Shown: positions 28,620-40,122 of the stretch, piece by piece
Layout: each line of letters begins with the position of its first letter
Position numbering within the stretch: the first letter of the stretch is position 1
Assembly: GCA_964016885.1 (NCBI GenBank)
Contig: OZ024759.1
Coordinates: 22,444,001-22,508,000, forward strand
Source of the DNA: Eledone cirrhosa
Taxonomy: Eukaryota
Reading direction: 5' to 3'
Length of the DNA: 64,000 nt
Notes under the pieces: model-generated
What the model saw: the letters and a program-made list of their open reading frames with translations, nothing else
Databases searched by the model: none
What the model was told of the DNA's origin: nothing
Made by a program: the position numbers and the translations under genes

Positions 28620-31560
28620 CTCTTACATTCTTAAGAAACTTCATCTACATTCTTTTTTCGCCATTTACATTCTTAGTTTAAGACCATTCATATACATTTT
28701 TAGCTTCTTTTTTCATCAATTACATTTTCAGTTTCTTTTCTTAAGAAACTTCATTAACATCCTTATTTTCTTCTTTAGACACGTACGTTCTTTTTAGTAC
28801 GTCTGGTGGGGACATGTAGAATATGTTTACGTAAGCACTGTTGTTATATTATTAAAAAATGAAAAACCTATTTGTTTGTTTTTTATTCACAAAATTAATG
28901 TTGAAACTAAACAATAGAATGTTGAGATTTAATAATAAAATTCAACGTGTTTCTTTTTTATTAACAAAATAGTGTATTTTGTTTTAAAACTGTTCCTGGT
29001 AGATTCAAATGTTTCTTTCAAGATTGAGAACAGAGACCGCAAATTGTTGATTCAATTCTTCAGCAGTGCTAAATAATTTCTAAAACTAATCACAATTTAA
29101 TATTGTTAGTTAATCGGCAAAGTTCTTGTTGGCTTAAATCCCCAAAGTATGTGGAGGTTCTCTGGTCTGTCGCGAGTCCAGAAGCTTATCCCGTAAAGTG
29201 ACAGTGTACAAGACCCCACCCCTCTGGACAGGACGTCAGTCCATCACGGGGTTAAATCCCCATCTACTGCTGGCGCTCATTTTCAGCTGCGTATAACTAG
29301 GAGAAGGAGAAGACGAGACGACACACCTAGAGGGGCTAACCCCAGTGCACAAGCCAGGTAAACATACACTCGGGTCGATTTAATTGACCCCCCCCCCCCC
29401 ACCTCCACGAAAATTGTTGGCCTTGAGCCAAAGCAGAAACAAGGAGGACCCTCCGACTGCACCAAATACATGACAACAACCCTAGTATTGGTATCACTTA
29501 GTAAACTCAGTAAAGTGGTTTTCGTAAGGGCATCTCTCCAAATAAAGAGTCATCCTTTGGGGGAAAGAACTTAATACATTTGATTGATTTATATTAAAAT
29601 CGAATAGAGCGTTTATTTCATGTTTCATCTGTGTTTATATATTCAAAATGTTTTCCTTTCTCATAATATTTCTCAGGACTTATATTTGAGTCTTTGTGGC
29701 ATATAATCAAAATTGCCCCGGGCATCACTAGAGCTCTGCATGCCGCTGATTCTCTGGTCTGTCGCGAGCCCAGAAGCTTATCCCATAAATTGACAGGGTA
29801 CAATACTTCCTCCTGGACAGGACGCCAGTCCATCACAGGGTTAACCTCCACTTATTGCTGGTACTCATTTTCAGCTGAATCATTCGTAAAAACTAAAACA
29901 ATTGTAAATTCATTTCAGTTTTTCGATCACTTTCTTCCGCTGTATGTTCATCATTGGTTAACTGTGGATTAGAGTTTGTAAAGATCGATATCGACTAACT
30001 TGTGGGTTTATTTCGCCATCATTAAGTCCCAGGTTCGATCACACCCCATGTGAAACTGGATAGACAGAAACTGTATAGAAGTGTGTCATCTGTAATTCAA
30101 ATGACCAGTCTTATAACGCTGAATCTCCCTGAGAATTACGTATGTAAATATAGATTAACTTCTAGTCCTGTAGCATGGCCAGGATACTTTGAACATGCGC
30201 ACTGGATTTCTAAATCTCGCGCTTGCGCATTGAAAACAAAACAAATGGCCGTCAGTTTGTAAAATTTTACAAGCTTTACAAAAACTCTTGCTAAATGGTT
30301 TAACAATGGACAAGAGCAACTTTCCGAAAGGTAACGTAGATTTTCATATTATGTTCAGATATTTTTGTAAATCTTTCCTTCTTAGTCGCTTTCGTATGAT
30401 ATACTATTTACACCTACCTAGTTGTTTACGTATTCTTAATGAAATACACATCCACTTGTTTCAATATATTGCGAATATCACATTTAACATATATTTTATT
30501 AATAAATATGTATCTAGTATAGTTTAAAAATTGTTTCTACTTCCTGGGGTAGATCCTTTGTCTTTATCAAATCCTTCTGCCGACTATTTCTCCCCATCAC
30601 TTTTTTGTTGTCTTCCTCTCCAGATCTAACTCACTCCCAATTAACAATCGAACGTTGTGGTTTCGATTATTAGAAGTTGCCTACCTCTTGCGATGTTTCC
30701 GAGGTACACACAATAAGTCCAGCTGTTCACCATCTATGTTTTAAACCCTTTTTCTCCCATTTAACTTTGCCGATGGGGTGGGGGGAATCTTATCCCCCCT
30801 CTTGTAGTGTCGTACATTTAATTCTATACATCTAAGTTTTGTTTTCATCTGTTCTTGTGGTAATTATGGTCGAAGTATTGATCAGTGTTAACAGATCCAT
30901 ATCGATTAACTTTTAGCCACGTGAATTCTCAATAATTAGGTGAGAGAGTGACATCTTGTGTAAGGGTCATCATAAACTTCAGTTGACTCGTGAGTGAAAT
31001 TTAGTAGACAGCATCTTTCTGGAAGCCTGTAAGATGGACTGTAACTGCAATTGAGTCAGTCTTGTCACACACCGTGCGAAACTTCAGTATTTCTTCGCAT
31101 AGTGGTTAATGTCATAAGTTCGATTCCTTGATCGTGTTGTGTTCTTGAGCAAAACACTTCATTTCACATGGCTCCAGTAGTATCACGGGGTGTAACTCTG
31201 GGATAGACTGGCATTCTGTCCAGGTTCCTGTATTTTCAGCCGACTAACTGACTCGGATAAGCACCGGTCTAATGAGCCTCCGGGTTTGAGACAGAGCTTG
31301 CAATCGACTGGCGTCCTATCCAGGGGAAGTCTCTTCTTACCGTATTCTTAATGAAATACACAGTTCCAATTCATGTTGAAAATAAACAATAAAATGTGTC
31401 GAGTGTATTTCTTAAACACTCTTCTTAGTTTTTGTTAATATTTCGGTGTATTTAAATGCTTCTTTCAAGATAGATCAATGGTCTTAAATTGTTGAATCAA
31501 TTCTTCAACAGTGCTAAATATTTTCTGAAACTTGTAAATTAATTTTGTATTCTGGAGCAG
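28620..31560. repeat. Older, diverged relics of the modular AT-rich element family, interleaved with SINE fragments (29150-29300, 29750-29880, 31095-31330)
   Basis: AAGAAACTTCAT...CATTCTTAGTTT motifs, GCGCATTG...AAATGGCCG and TTGATCAGTGTTAAC..GATC.ATATCG resemble 41820-43100. Confidence 0.55.
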
Positions 31561-31989
31561 CATCCAGGGGTTTTCATCATGAGGTTTTCTCGGGTGTTTT
31601 AACAATAGGGTCCACAGTGCAGTTATTCAATCCTCCCCTCCCCACATATGTTAGGTAAGTCCGTAATTATGATTATACCCTGATATGATCGATATTGACA
31701 CGATTGCAATATGCCAATAAAGTTTATATATATGCTGCAATTGACTTCGATCCTGTTTATATATAAATAGGATAAACCATGCTAGCGTGGAAGATAGACG
31801 TTAAACGATGATGATATATATAGGCATAATTAGGTCCTCACATTCATTCACCTTCGTTGGACATAGCCTTGGTGTTGATCTCCACTGGCCGCGTTCTACG
31901 TTCATTGAGAATTTTGACCCTCAATCGTAACACCCTCTCGCCGGTGTGTCAGCATTGGTGGCCAAATTACTGCCCATTATTCCCTCTCT

Positions 31990-32330
31990 CCAGCTCCAAA
32001 GCCAACAGGAGGCCTTTTCTTTTGCCTCCCTCATCCTGCGGCCTTCTCTCGTCCTGTCATTCCAATGAGAGCATTCTCCATACTGATTAAGCCGAGGATT
32101 CCCTGCAGCCCACCTCGACTGGAAATAGCCATACCTACGAACCTTTCTTGGCCTTCCTGTCACATCCTAGAGACGTGCCCTGTCCAGCTTCATGTTTAAT
32201 CTTTCACACGTTAGTACAGTCTATCAAATTCACTGGTCACCTTTTGCCAGTCTGTTGCTGATTTCTCTGTCAATCTTGGCATCCGATGTGAAAATGCATC
32301 CCAGGTAGCTGATATGATGGTCTGTTTTCA
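31990..32330 (-). mobile_element. RTE-like LINE 3' fragment
   Basis: Minus strand reads ISYLGCIFTSDAKIDREISNRLAK, followed by a RWA/GRP-type 3' region. Confidence 0.6.
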
Positions 32331-32469
32331 GTTCAGTCTCGCCAATGGGGAGGGTGGTACTCTTCCTGAGGTGCAGGCTGGTGGAATACCTCCATCTTCT
32401 TTAAGTTTACTTACAATCCAGAGAGCTGGGCAGCCTCTGCGAAACTGGAAGTGATACGCAGCAAGATTC

Positions 32470-33090
32470 TTTCTCTGTGATAACAGAATGGGCCTGTCTT
32501 TTAACGTCCCTGATATACAATGGTAGCTGTCCCCACACACGGCAGCTGTTACATCAAAGGATGGGTCTGTTTTTTAACTTCCCTGATATACAGTATATTG
32601 TGGAAGCTGTCTCTCCAGTTACATCTAAGGATGGGCCTGTCTTTTAACGTCCCTTATATAGAGTATATTATGGCAACTGTACCTCCTTGCGGCCAAACGT
32701 TGTTTGTCTTTTAACGTCCCTGATATAAGGTTGGGTCTGTATGTCTCTCCATACGGCAGCTGTTGCTTCTAATAATAGGCTGGGTCTGTTTTTTAACGTC
32801 CCTTACATAGAGTTTATTGTGGTAGCTGTCCTTCACTCGGCAGCTGTTACATCTAAGGTTGTGTTTGTCTTTAACGTCCCTGATATTGAGTATATTTAGG
32901 TAGCTGCCCCTCGATACGGCCCACTGTCAAATCTAATATAAGGTTGGGCTTGTCTTTTAACAGTATATTGTGATAGCGATCCCTCCATACTGAGAGGTGT
33001 CACATCTGATATAAGGTGAGGTCTGCTGTCCCTCCATACGGCCCACATTTGCAGCTTATAAAAGGTTGACCTGTCTTTTAACATCCCAAG
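32470..33090 (-). repeat. Degenerate monomers of the 81-bp satellite, inverted relative to the main array
   Basis: GGG(C/T)CTGTCTTTTAACGTCCCTGATATACAGTATATTGTGG.AGCTGTC...GTTACATCTAAGGATGGG is the reverse complement of the 48.9-64 kb monomer. Further copies at 36508-36712. Confidence 0.85.
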
Positions 33091-35696
33091 AACATGTGTC
33101 AATCGCACACCCTTAAACCTGGAATCCATCAAGGTACGTATTAGTCACATCGATTTTTTTAATTATTCGTTGATAAAATGATATATGTAAACGGCATAAA
33201 TGGAAGTAATTCAGGTGTGAATATATTTTTCATTTCAAAATTGTTAATGCGTTGCTGGTCATGTGGTGATATATGTGTATTGTTACGGGGTGCACTTATG
33301 GTTGTCGATCGAAAACCGATGGTGACTGTCTTGTTCTTCAATTGTGGATCATTTGGTGATTGTACATATGTCAGTCTATACCTCCTCCCCCTCGAAAACT
33401 CAGTGCCCTGTCTGGCTTCTAAGACTTTCGCTGTGGCCAACGCTTGGTTAGAGGGCCAACGGCATGTACATAATGTCGACAAAAAAAAAGAAAACGGTTA
33501 AAAGAGACATGTCTAAGCTGTATAATCTTCTATGAGTATCGCTTGACTGTAAACATGTTTAAACCCTCTCGCGGGAGGGTAAACAAAGCGGTTTAAAGAC
33601 ATGTCTAACTTCCTTCTCCATCGTAGACATCGAACTTAGATAAACCACCACAATTAAACTCCCTAAACACTCCGTTGGCAGACATCGAAAACCCCGTCTT
33701 CATAGCACCACCAATGCGTTAATAATTGTCTTATGAAAAAAATATTTAAATCCAAAATTACTTCCCTTTGTTCATATTAATTTTTTTTTTAACAAAATCT
33801 TTCAAAAGTACCACTATTTAACTCACTAGAATTGCGGCCTTCGCATCGATGCAAGGCCCGTCCCTGACCACCGTGAAGAACTTTTTTTCGAAATTTCTTT
33901 TAATATGCTAATTTGGAAATTATACTAGAAGAAATTTCTCTTAATATGATATTTTTGAAGTTTCTAGATTCTTAAAACCCTTGAAGGTTATTAACATTCT
34001 TGGAAGACAGATAGATTCGAGCCTTTTTAACTTATATTTTAACCCTTGATACTTCTTACTACATTCTTGACTGAGATTCGAACCTTTGATACTTTCTTTA
34101 CATGGTTCAAGGTTCTTATTACATTCTTACCTAGATTTGAATCTTTGATACTTCAAGGTTCATTCTTGGAAGACAGTTTGATTCGATGCTTTCTTTACAT
34201 ACTTAAAGGTTCTTGATACTTGGAACCTTGATTGTTACTCCATTCTTGGCCGACTGTTGGATTCGAACCCTTAATGACACTTTTGGACGACTGTTACATT
34301 GGTAATACTGTCTATACATTTTTTTTTTGTCAAAATAAACTGAACACAATTCGTATATAATATGTAAACTTTATTCATTTTTGTCAAATAAACTGAACAC
34401 GATTCGTATAAGATGTTCGACATTTTTTACGGCAACACAGCATATGACCTCGAAGGCTGGACATCTGTAAAAGGAAATAAAAAGAACATTAAACTTTATA
34501 AAATTCTTCCAATTTTGTTCTTTTATTATATATACATTTAAAAAGAGGAAACCTTTTCCTACATCAAAGTTACGTAGATTAAAACCTAGGGTGTAATATT
34601 CACCATGACCTAAGACGACAGATCTCAAAAGGTTATTAATAATAACCAGAATTTACAACAATACACGAGGATATCATGAAGGGAACTAGAAATAATATTG
34701 TTGGATGGAAACTAAGAGTGTTGAAAAAAGAAACGAAAATTGTAAATGAAGTTTCTAACGAAAGAAACTAAGAGTATCAAAGAATGTAGCAAGAAGTATC
34801 TCATCCAACTGTCTTCCAAGAATGTAAAGAAAGTATCTAAGGTTCTAATCCAAGGTTTAAGGGGACAAGTGTGCGAGAAATCAAGATTCATTGGGTGAAT
34901 ATTTCTTCGAAAGCATGTATACAGTGTCGAGATGGCTTAATTTAGTTTCTTAGAAGAGGTAACACTATTTGTGTGTGTATTTAGTTTTAAATTTCAAAGA
35001 AAGCCACAGAAAATAAAATATGAACACAATAACCAAAGTGTGTATCTAATGAAATGTATGTTTTCTGAAGAGTAGAAAAAAAATCTATATGAAACTAGTG
35101 ATTTTGAAATGTCGAGAAAAATTCTATATGAAACGTATGTTTTCTGAAAAGTCGAAAAAGGAAATCTACATGAAATTGGTGTTTTGTGAAAGGTGTATAT
35201 CTAATAGAATGTATGTATATAGAAAACAATATCCAAAATGTGAGCGTTATTGACATAAAGTGTATATATTAGTCCTAGTATAGAGCAAAGAAAACATTAC
35301 ATACCTCTCTACATGAAAGTAATATCCAAAATGGTTCTCTTCCAAAGAACCGGAAGTTACTTGAAAAAAGTCACTTCAAAAAAAGAAGAGTTTAAAAAAG
35401 GGGAGATAATTCTAATAAAATTTTGAGCAAAAATCGATTGTTCGCGAGGTCCGGGACGCAGGTCAGACAAGTAGCCAGCCTGCGAAATAGTCCCAGCTGC
35501 ATAAACCACGAAGACCTCGTAACGATTCGAACTTCAGACACATAGAATGGTCACGCCATACATAGGTAGACGACAAAGTTAGAACCGCTACGCGCAAAGC
35601 TGCAATTCTACTAAGTAAAATTAGTATACTTATAGGTAAAATTTTAGTATTTTGTACATATATGCAGAACAATTATTATGGAGATAAATATATGTA
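32843..35696 (+). repeat. Modular element unit A (direct-repeat partner of unit B)
   Basis: Near-identical to 36508-40334. ORF offsets are 3625 bp (33159 vs 36784) and 4515 bp (34371 vs 38886) because of internal array expansions in B. Confidence 0.9.
35429..35601 (-). ncRNA. Candidate structured Pol III RNA, variant 2 (unit A copy)
   Basis: Near-identical to 39940-40122 with a 10-bp deletion; upstream TATAAG and a T5 end on the minus strand. Confidence 0.35.
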
Positions 35697-36505
35697 TTTC
35701 TCTCTATAAACCTCATTCTGTAGATCTTTCCTTAGAGACATACATATAAAACTATATACTCTCAACTAAGAAAAATATATAAACCTTCTTCTCTATACCT
35801 TTCCTTTTTTCTTCTAATAAACCTCTATACACAGCTACATTTTATTATCTTCTCTATTTCTTTCACACGTGTCCTCTTCTATGTAGAGAGAAACCTTTGT
35901 GAGAATCGAACTCACGATTGTAAAGTCCGACAACTTTACATAAATACTTTGCGCATTGATGTCCAATTATCTCGGCGCATGCGTACTTTAGTGAAAATTA
36001 AATGGCCGCATGAAGAACTTCATGTTTTACAACGTGAATTAAAAAAACGTTAAAAACTTGGATTTTACTAATTTTACGGAGGTAAACTAAAGCTTTATTT
36101 TATGTTGATCAGTTTTATTGAAACATTTTCTGTTTATTTCCCTCCATAATGTCAGAAATAATTATTTAAACATTAGTTTTGTTTAGCCACATCTTACATT
36201 CTAATGTAATACAACACCCTCCTCATAAATATTTCTTGCTCATACGAAATAGTGTATTTTGTTAATTATTATTTAAGCTTGTAAATAATATATTTCTATT
36301 TCCCTTCATGATATCCTCGTATTTTGTAATTAGAGGTTAACTGTTGATCCGTGTTAACTAGATCGATATCGCTTTAACTATTAACCTACAATCATTTATA
36401 TTCTTAGTTTCTTTCGTTAGAAACTTTATTTACATTTTTAGTTTCTTATTTTCCCACCAACAATATTATGTAGACGATAGTTTTGTTTAAGCTACTGCCA
36501 CATTT
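35696..36505 (+). repeat. Module X (also at 41571-42382 direct and ~45523-46333 inverted)
   Basis: TTTCTCTCTATAAACCTCATTCTGTAGATC...GCTACTGCCACATTTCTA is shared nearly base for base. Confidence 0.9.
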
Positions 36506-37480
36506 CTACTGTTACATCTAAGGTTGTGTTTGTCTTTTAACGTCCCTGATATTAGGTATATTAGTATATTTAGGTAGCTGCCCCTCGATACGGCCCACTG
36601 TCAAATCTAATATAAGGTTGGGCCTGTCTTTTAACAGTATATTGTGATAGCGATTCCTCCATACTGAGAGGTGTCACATCTTATAAAAGGTTGACCTGTC
36701 TTTTAACATCCCAAGAACATGTGTCAATCGCACACCCTTAAACCTGGAATCCATCAAGGTACGTATTAGTCACATCGATTTTTTTAATTATTCGTTGATA
36801 AAATGATATATGTAAACGGCATAAATGGAAGTAATCCAGGTGTGAATATATTTTTCATTTCAAAATTGTTAATGCGTTGCTGGTCATGTGGTGATATATG
36901 TGTATTGTTACGATGTGCACTTATGGTTGTCGATCGAAAACCGATGGTGACTGTCTTGTTCTTCAATTGTGGATCATTTGGTGATTGTACATATGTCAGT
37001 CTATACCTCCTCCCCCTCGAAAGCTCAGTGCCCTGTCTGGCTTCTAAGACTTTCGCTGTGGCCAACGCTGGGTTAGAGGGCCAAAGGCATGTACATAATG
37101 TCGACAAAAAAAAAAGAAAACGGTTAAAAGAGACATGTCTAAGCTGTATAATCTTCTATGAGTATCGCTTGACTGTAAACATGTTTAAACCCTCTCGCGG
37201 GAGGGTAAACAAAGCGGTTTAAAGACATGTCTAACTTCCTTCTCCATCGTAGACATCGAACTTAGATAAACCACCACAATTAAACTCCCTAAACACTCCG
37301 TTGGCAGACATCGAAAACCCCATCTTCATAGCACCACCAATGCGTTAATAATTGTCTTATGAAAAAAATATTTAAATCCAAAATTACTTCCCTTTGTTCC
37401 GTTTGCATATATTAATTTTTTTTTCAACAAAATCTTTCAAAAGTACGTATAAGTACCACTATCTAACTCAGTAGAATTGC

Positions 37481-37635
37481 GGCCTTCGCGGTGGCGTGCG
37501 AACTGCGTCTCGGACTACCAGTCTCCCTGGCTGGCGTTCTATTCGTGGTGGCGTGCGACTGCATCGGCCTGGGACTATTCTGGGCCGGCACATAGATGCA
37601 AGGCCCGTCCCTGACCACCGTGAAGCTTTTTTTTT
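37481..37635 (+). ncRNA. Candidate structured Pol III RNA, variant 1
   Basis: GC-rich island in AT-rich DNA. Terminal stem TTCGCGGTGG/CCACCGTGAA followed by GC and T9. Internal GGGAC-TATTCT-GGGCC...GGCCC-GTCCC hairpin. TATAAG 33 nt upstream. Confidence 0.45.
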
Positions 37636-37781
37636 GAAATTTTTTTAATATGCAAATTAGATAAAAAAAAAAAGAAGAAAAAAAATCTTTGACATAGTAA
37701 ATATATATATATATATGTTGACATAGTATATATATATATATATGTCGACATATATATATAGTGAGACTTGTCGAAGATTTA

Positions 37782-38070
37782 ATCTAATATGCTAATTTGG
37801 AAATTATATTAGAAGAAATTTATTTAAATATAATTTCTAATTTGCATATCTAATATGCTAATTTGGAAATTATATTAGAAGAAATTTCTTTTAATACAAT
37901 TTCTAATTTGCATATCTAATATGCTAATTTGGAAATTATATTAGAAGAAATTTCTTTTAATATAATTTCTAATTTGCATATCTAATATGCTAATTTGGAA
38001 ATTATATTAGAAGAAATTTCTTTTAATATAATTTCTAATTTGCATATTAGAAATTTTTTGTAATATGATA
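37782..38070. repeat. 66-bp tandem repeat (~4.3 copies), each unit an imperfect palindrome carrying octamer motifs
   Basis: Units start at 37782, 37848, 37914 and 37980. ATTTGCAT at 37840, 37906, 37972 and 38038; ATGCTAAT in each unit. Confidence 0.9.
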
Positions 38071-38124
38071 TTTTTGAAGTTTCTAGATTCTTAAAACCCT
38101 TGAAGGTTATTAACATTCTTGGAA

Positions 38125-38775
38125 GACAGTTAGATTCGAACCTTTTTAACTAAACTTAGAATCTTAGATTCTAACCCTTGATACTTCTTACTAGATTCTT
38201 GACTTAAATTCGAACCTTTGATACTTTCTTTACATGGTTCAAATTACATTCTAACCCTTGATACTTCTTACTACATTCTTGACTTAGATTCGAACCTTTG
38301 ATACTTTCTTTACATAGTTCAAGGTTCTTATTACATTCTAACCCCTGATACTTCTTACTACATTCTTGACTGAGATTCGAACCTTTGATACTTTCTTTAC
38401 ATGGTTCAAGGTTCTTATTACATTCTAACCCTTGATACTTCTTACTACATTCTTGACTTAGATTCGAACCTTTGATACTTTCTTTACATGGTTCAAGGTT
38501 CTTATTACATTCTAACCCTTGATACTTCTTACCACATTTTTGACTTACTTAGATTCGAACCTTTGATACTTTCTTTACATACTTCAAGGTTCTTATTACA
38601 TTCTTACCACATTTTTGACTTACTTAAATTCGAACCTTTGATACTTCAAGGTTCATTCTTGGAAGACAGTTTGATTCGAACTTTCGATGCTTTCTTTACA
38701 TACTTAAAGGTTCTTGATACTTGGAACCTTGATGGTGACTCCATTCTTGGACGACTGTTGGATTCGAACCCTTAA
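38125..38775. repeat. ~87-bp tandem repeat with repeated GATTCGAACC (B-box-like on minus strand)
   Basis: GATTCGAAC at 38133, 38287, 38374, 38461, 38552, ~38673 and 38761, plus AATTCGAAC variants. Confidence 0.85.
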
Positions 38776-39939
38776 TGACACTTTTGGACGACTGTTACAT
38801 TGGTAATACTGTCTATACATTATTATTTTTATTTTTTTGTCAAAATAAACGGAACACAATTCGTATAGTATATAATATGTAAACTTTATTCATTTTTGTC
38901 AAATAAACTGAACACGATTCGTATAAGATGTTCGACATTTTTTACGGCAACACAGCATATGACCTCGAAGGCTGGACATCTGTAAAAGGAAATAAAAAGA
39001 ACATTAAACTTTATTAAATTCTTCCAATTTTGTTCTTTTATTATATATACATTTAAAAAGAGGAAACCCTTTCCTACATTAAAGTTACGTAGATTAAAAC
39101 CTTGGGTGTAATATTCACCCTGACCTAAGACGACAGATCTCAAAAGGTTATTAGTAATAACCAGAATTTACAACAATACACGAGGATATCATGAACTAGA
39201 AATAATATTGTTGGATGGAAACTAAGAGTGTTGAAAAAAGAGACGAAAATTGTAAATGAAGTTTCTAACGAAAGAAACTAAGAGTATCAAAGAATGTAGC
39301 AAGAAGTATCTCATCCAACTGTCTTCCAAGAATGTAAAGAAAGTACCTAAGGTTCTAATCCAAGGTTTAAGGGGACACGTGTGCGAGAAATCAAGATTCA
39401 TTGGGTGAATATTTCTTCGAAAGCATGTATACAGTGTCGAGATGGCTTAATTTAGTTTCTTAGAAGAGGTAACACTATTTGTGTGTGTATTTAATTTTAA
39501 ATTTCAAAGAAAGCCACAGAAAATAAAATATGAACACAATAACCAAAGTGTGTATCTAATGAAATGTATGTTTTCTGAAGAGTAGAAACAAAATCTATAT
39601 GAAACTAGTGATTTTGAAATGTCGAGAAAAATTCTATATGAAACGTATGTTTTCTGAAAAGTCGAAAAAGGAAATCTACATGAAATTAGTGTTTTGTGAA
39701 AGGTGTATATCTAATAGAATGTATGTATATAGAAAACAATATCCAAAATGTGAGCGTTATTGACATAAAGTGTATATATTAGTCCTAGTATAGAGCAAAG
39801 CAAACATTACATACCTCTCTACATGAAAGTAATATCCAAAATGGTTCTCTTAGAAAGAACCGGAAGTTACTTGAAAAAAAGTCACTTCAAAAAAAGAAGA
39901 GTTTAAAAAAGGGGAAATAATTCTAATAAAATTTTAAGC

Positions 39940-40122
39940 AAAAATCGATTGTTCGCGAGGACCGGGACGCAGGTCAGACAAGTAGCCAGCCTGCGAAATA
40001 GTCCCAGCTGCATAAACCACGAAGACCTCGTAACGATTCGAACTTCAGACGCATAGAATGGTCACGCCATACATAGGTAGACGACAAAGTCGGAACCGCT
40101 ACGCGCATCGCCGCGCAAAGCT
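39940..40122 (-). ncRNA. Candidate structured Pol III RNA, variant 2 (unit B copy)
   Basis: Minus strand: TATAAG at -33, AGTAGAATTGC, terminal stem TTTGCGCGG/CCTCGCGAA, internal GTTCGAATC, GGGAC-TATTTC-GCAGG...CCTGC-GTCCC hairpin, T5. Confidence 0.4.

Noticed and set aside
33159-33501. Overlapping 107-aa ORFs repeated at 36784-37222
   Set aside because: No recognisable domain. The five differences between copies are all amino-acid-changing in the minus frame and four of five in the plus frame, so there is no sign of purifying selection.
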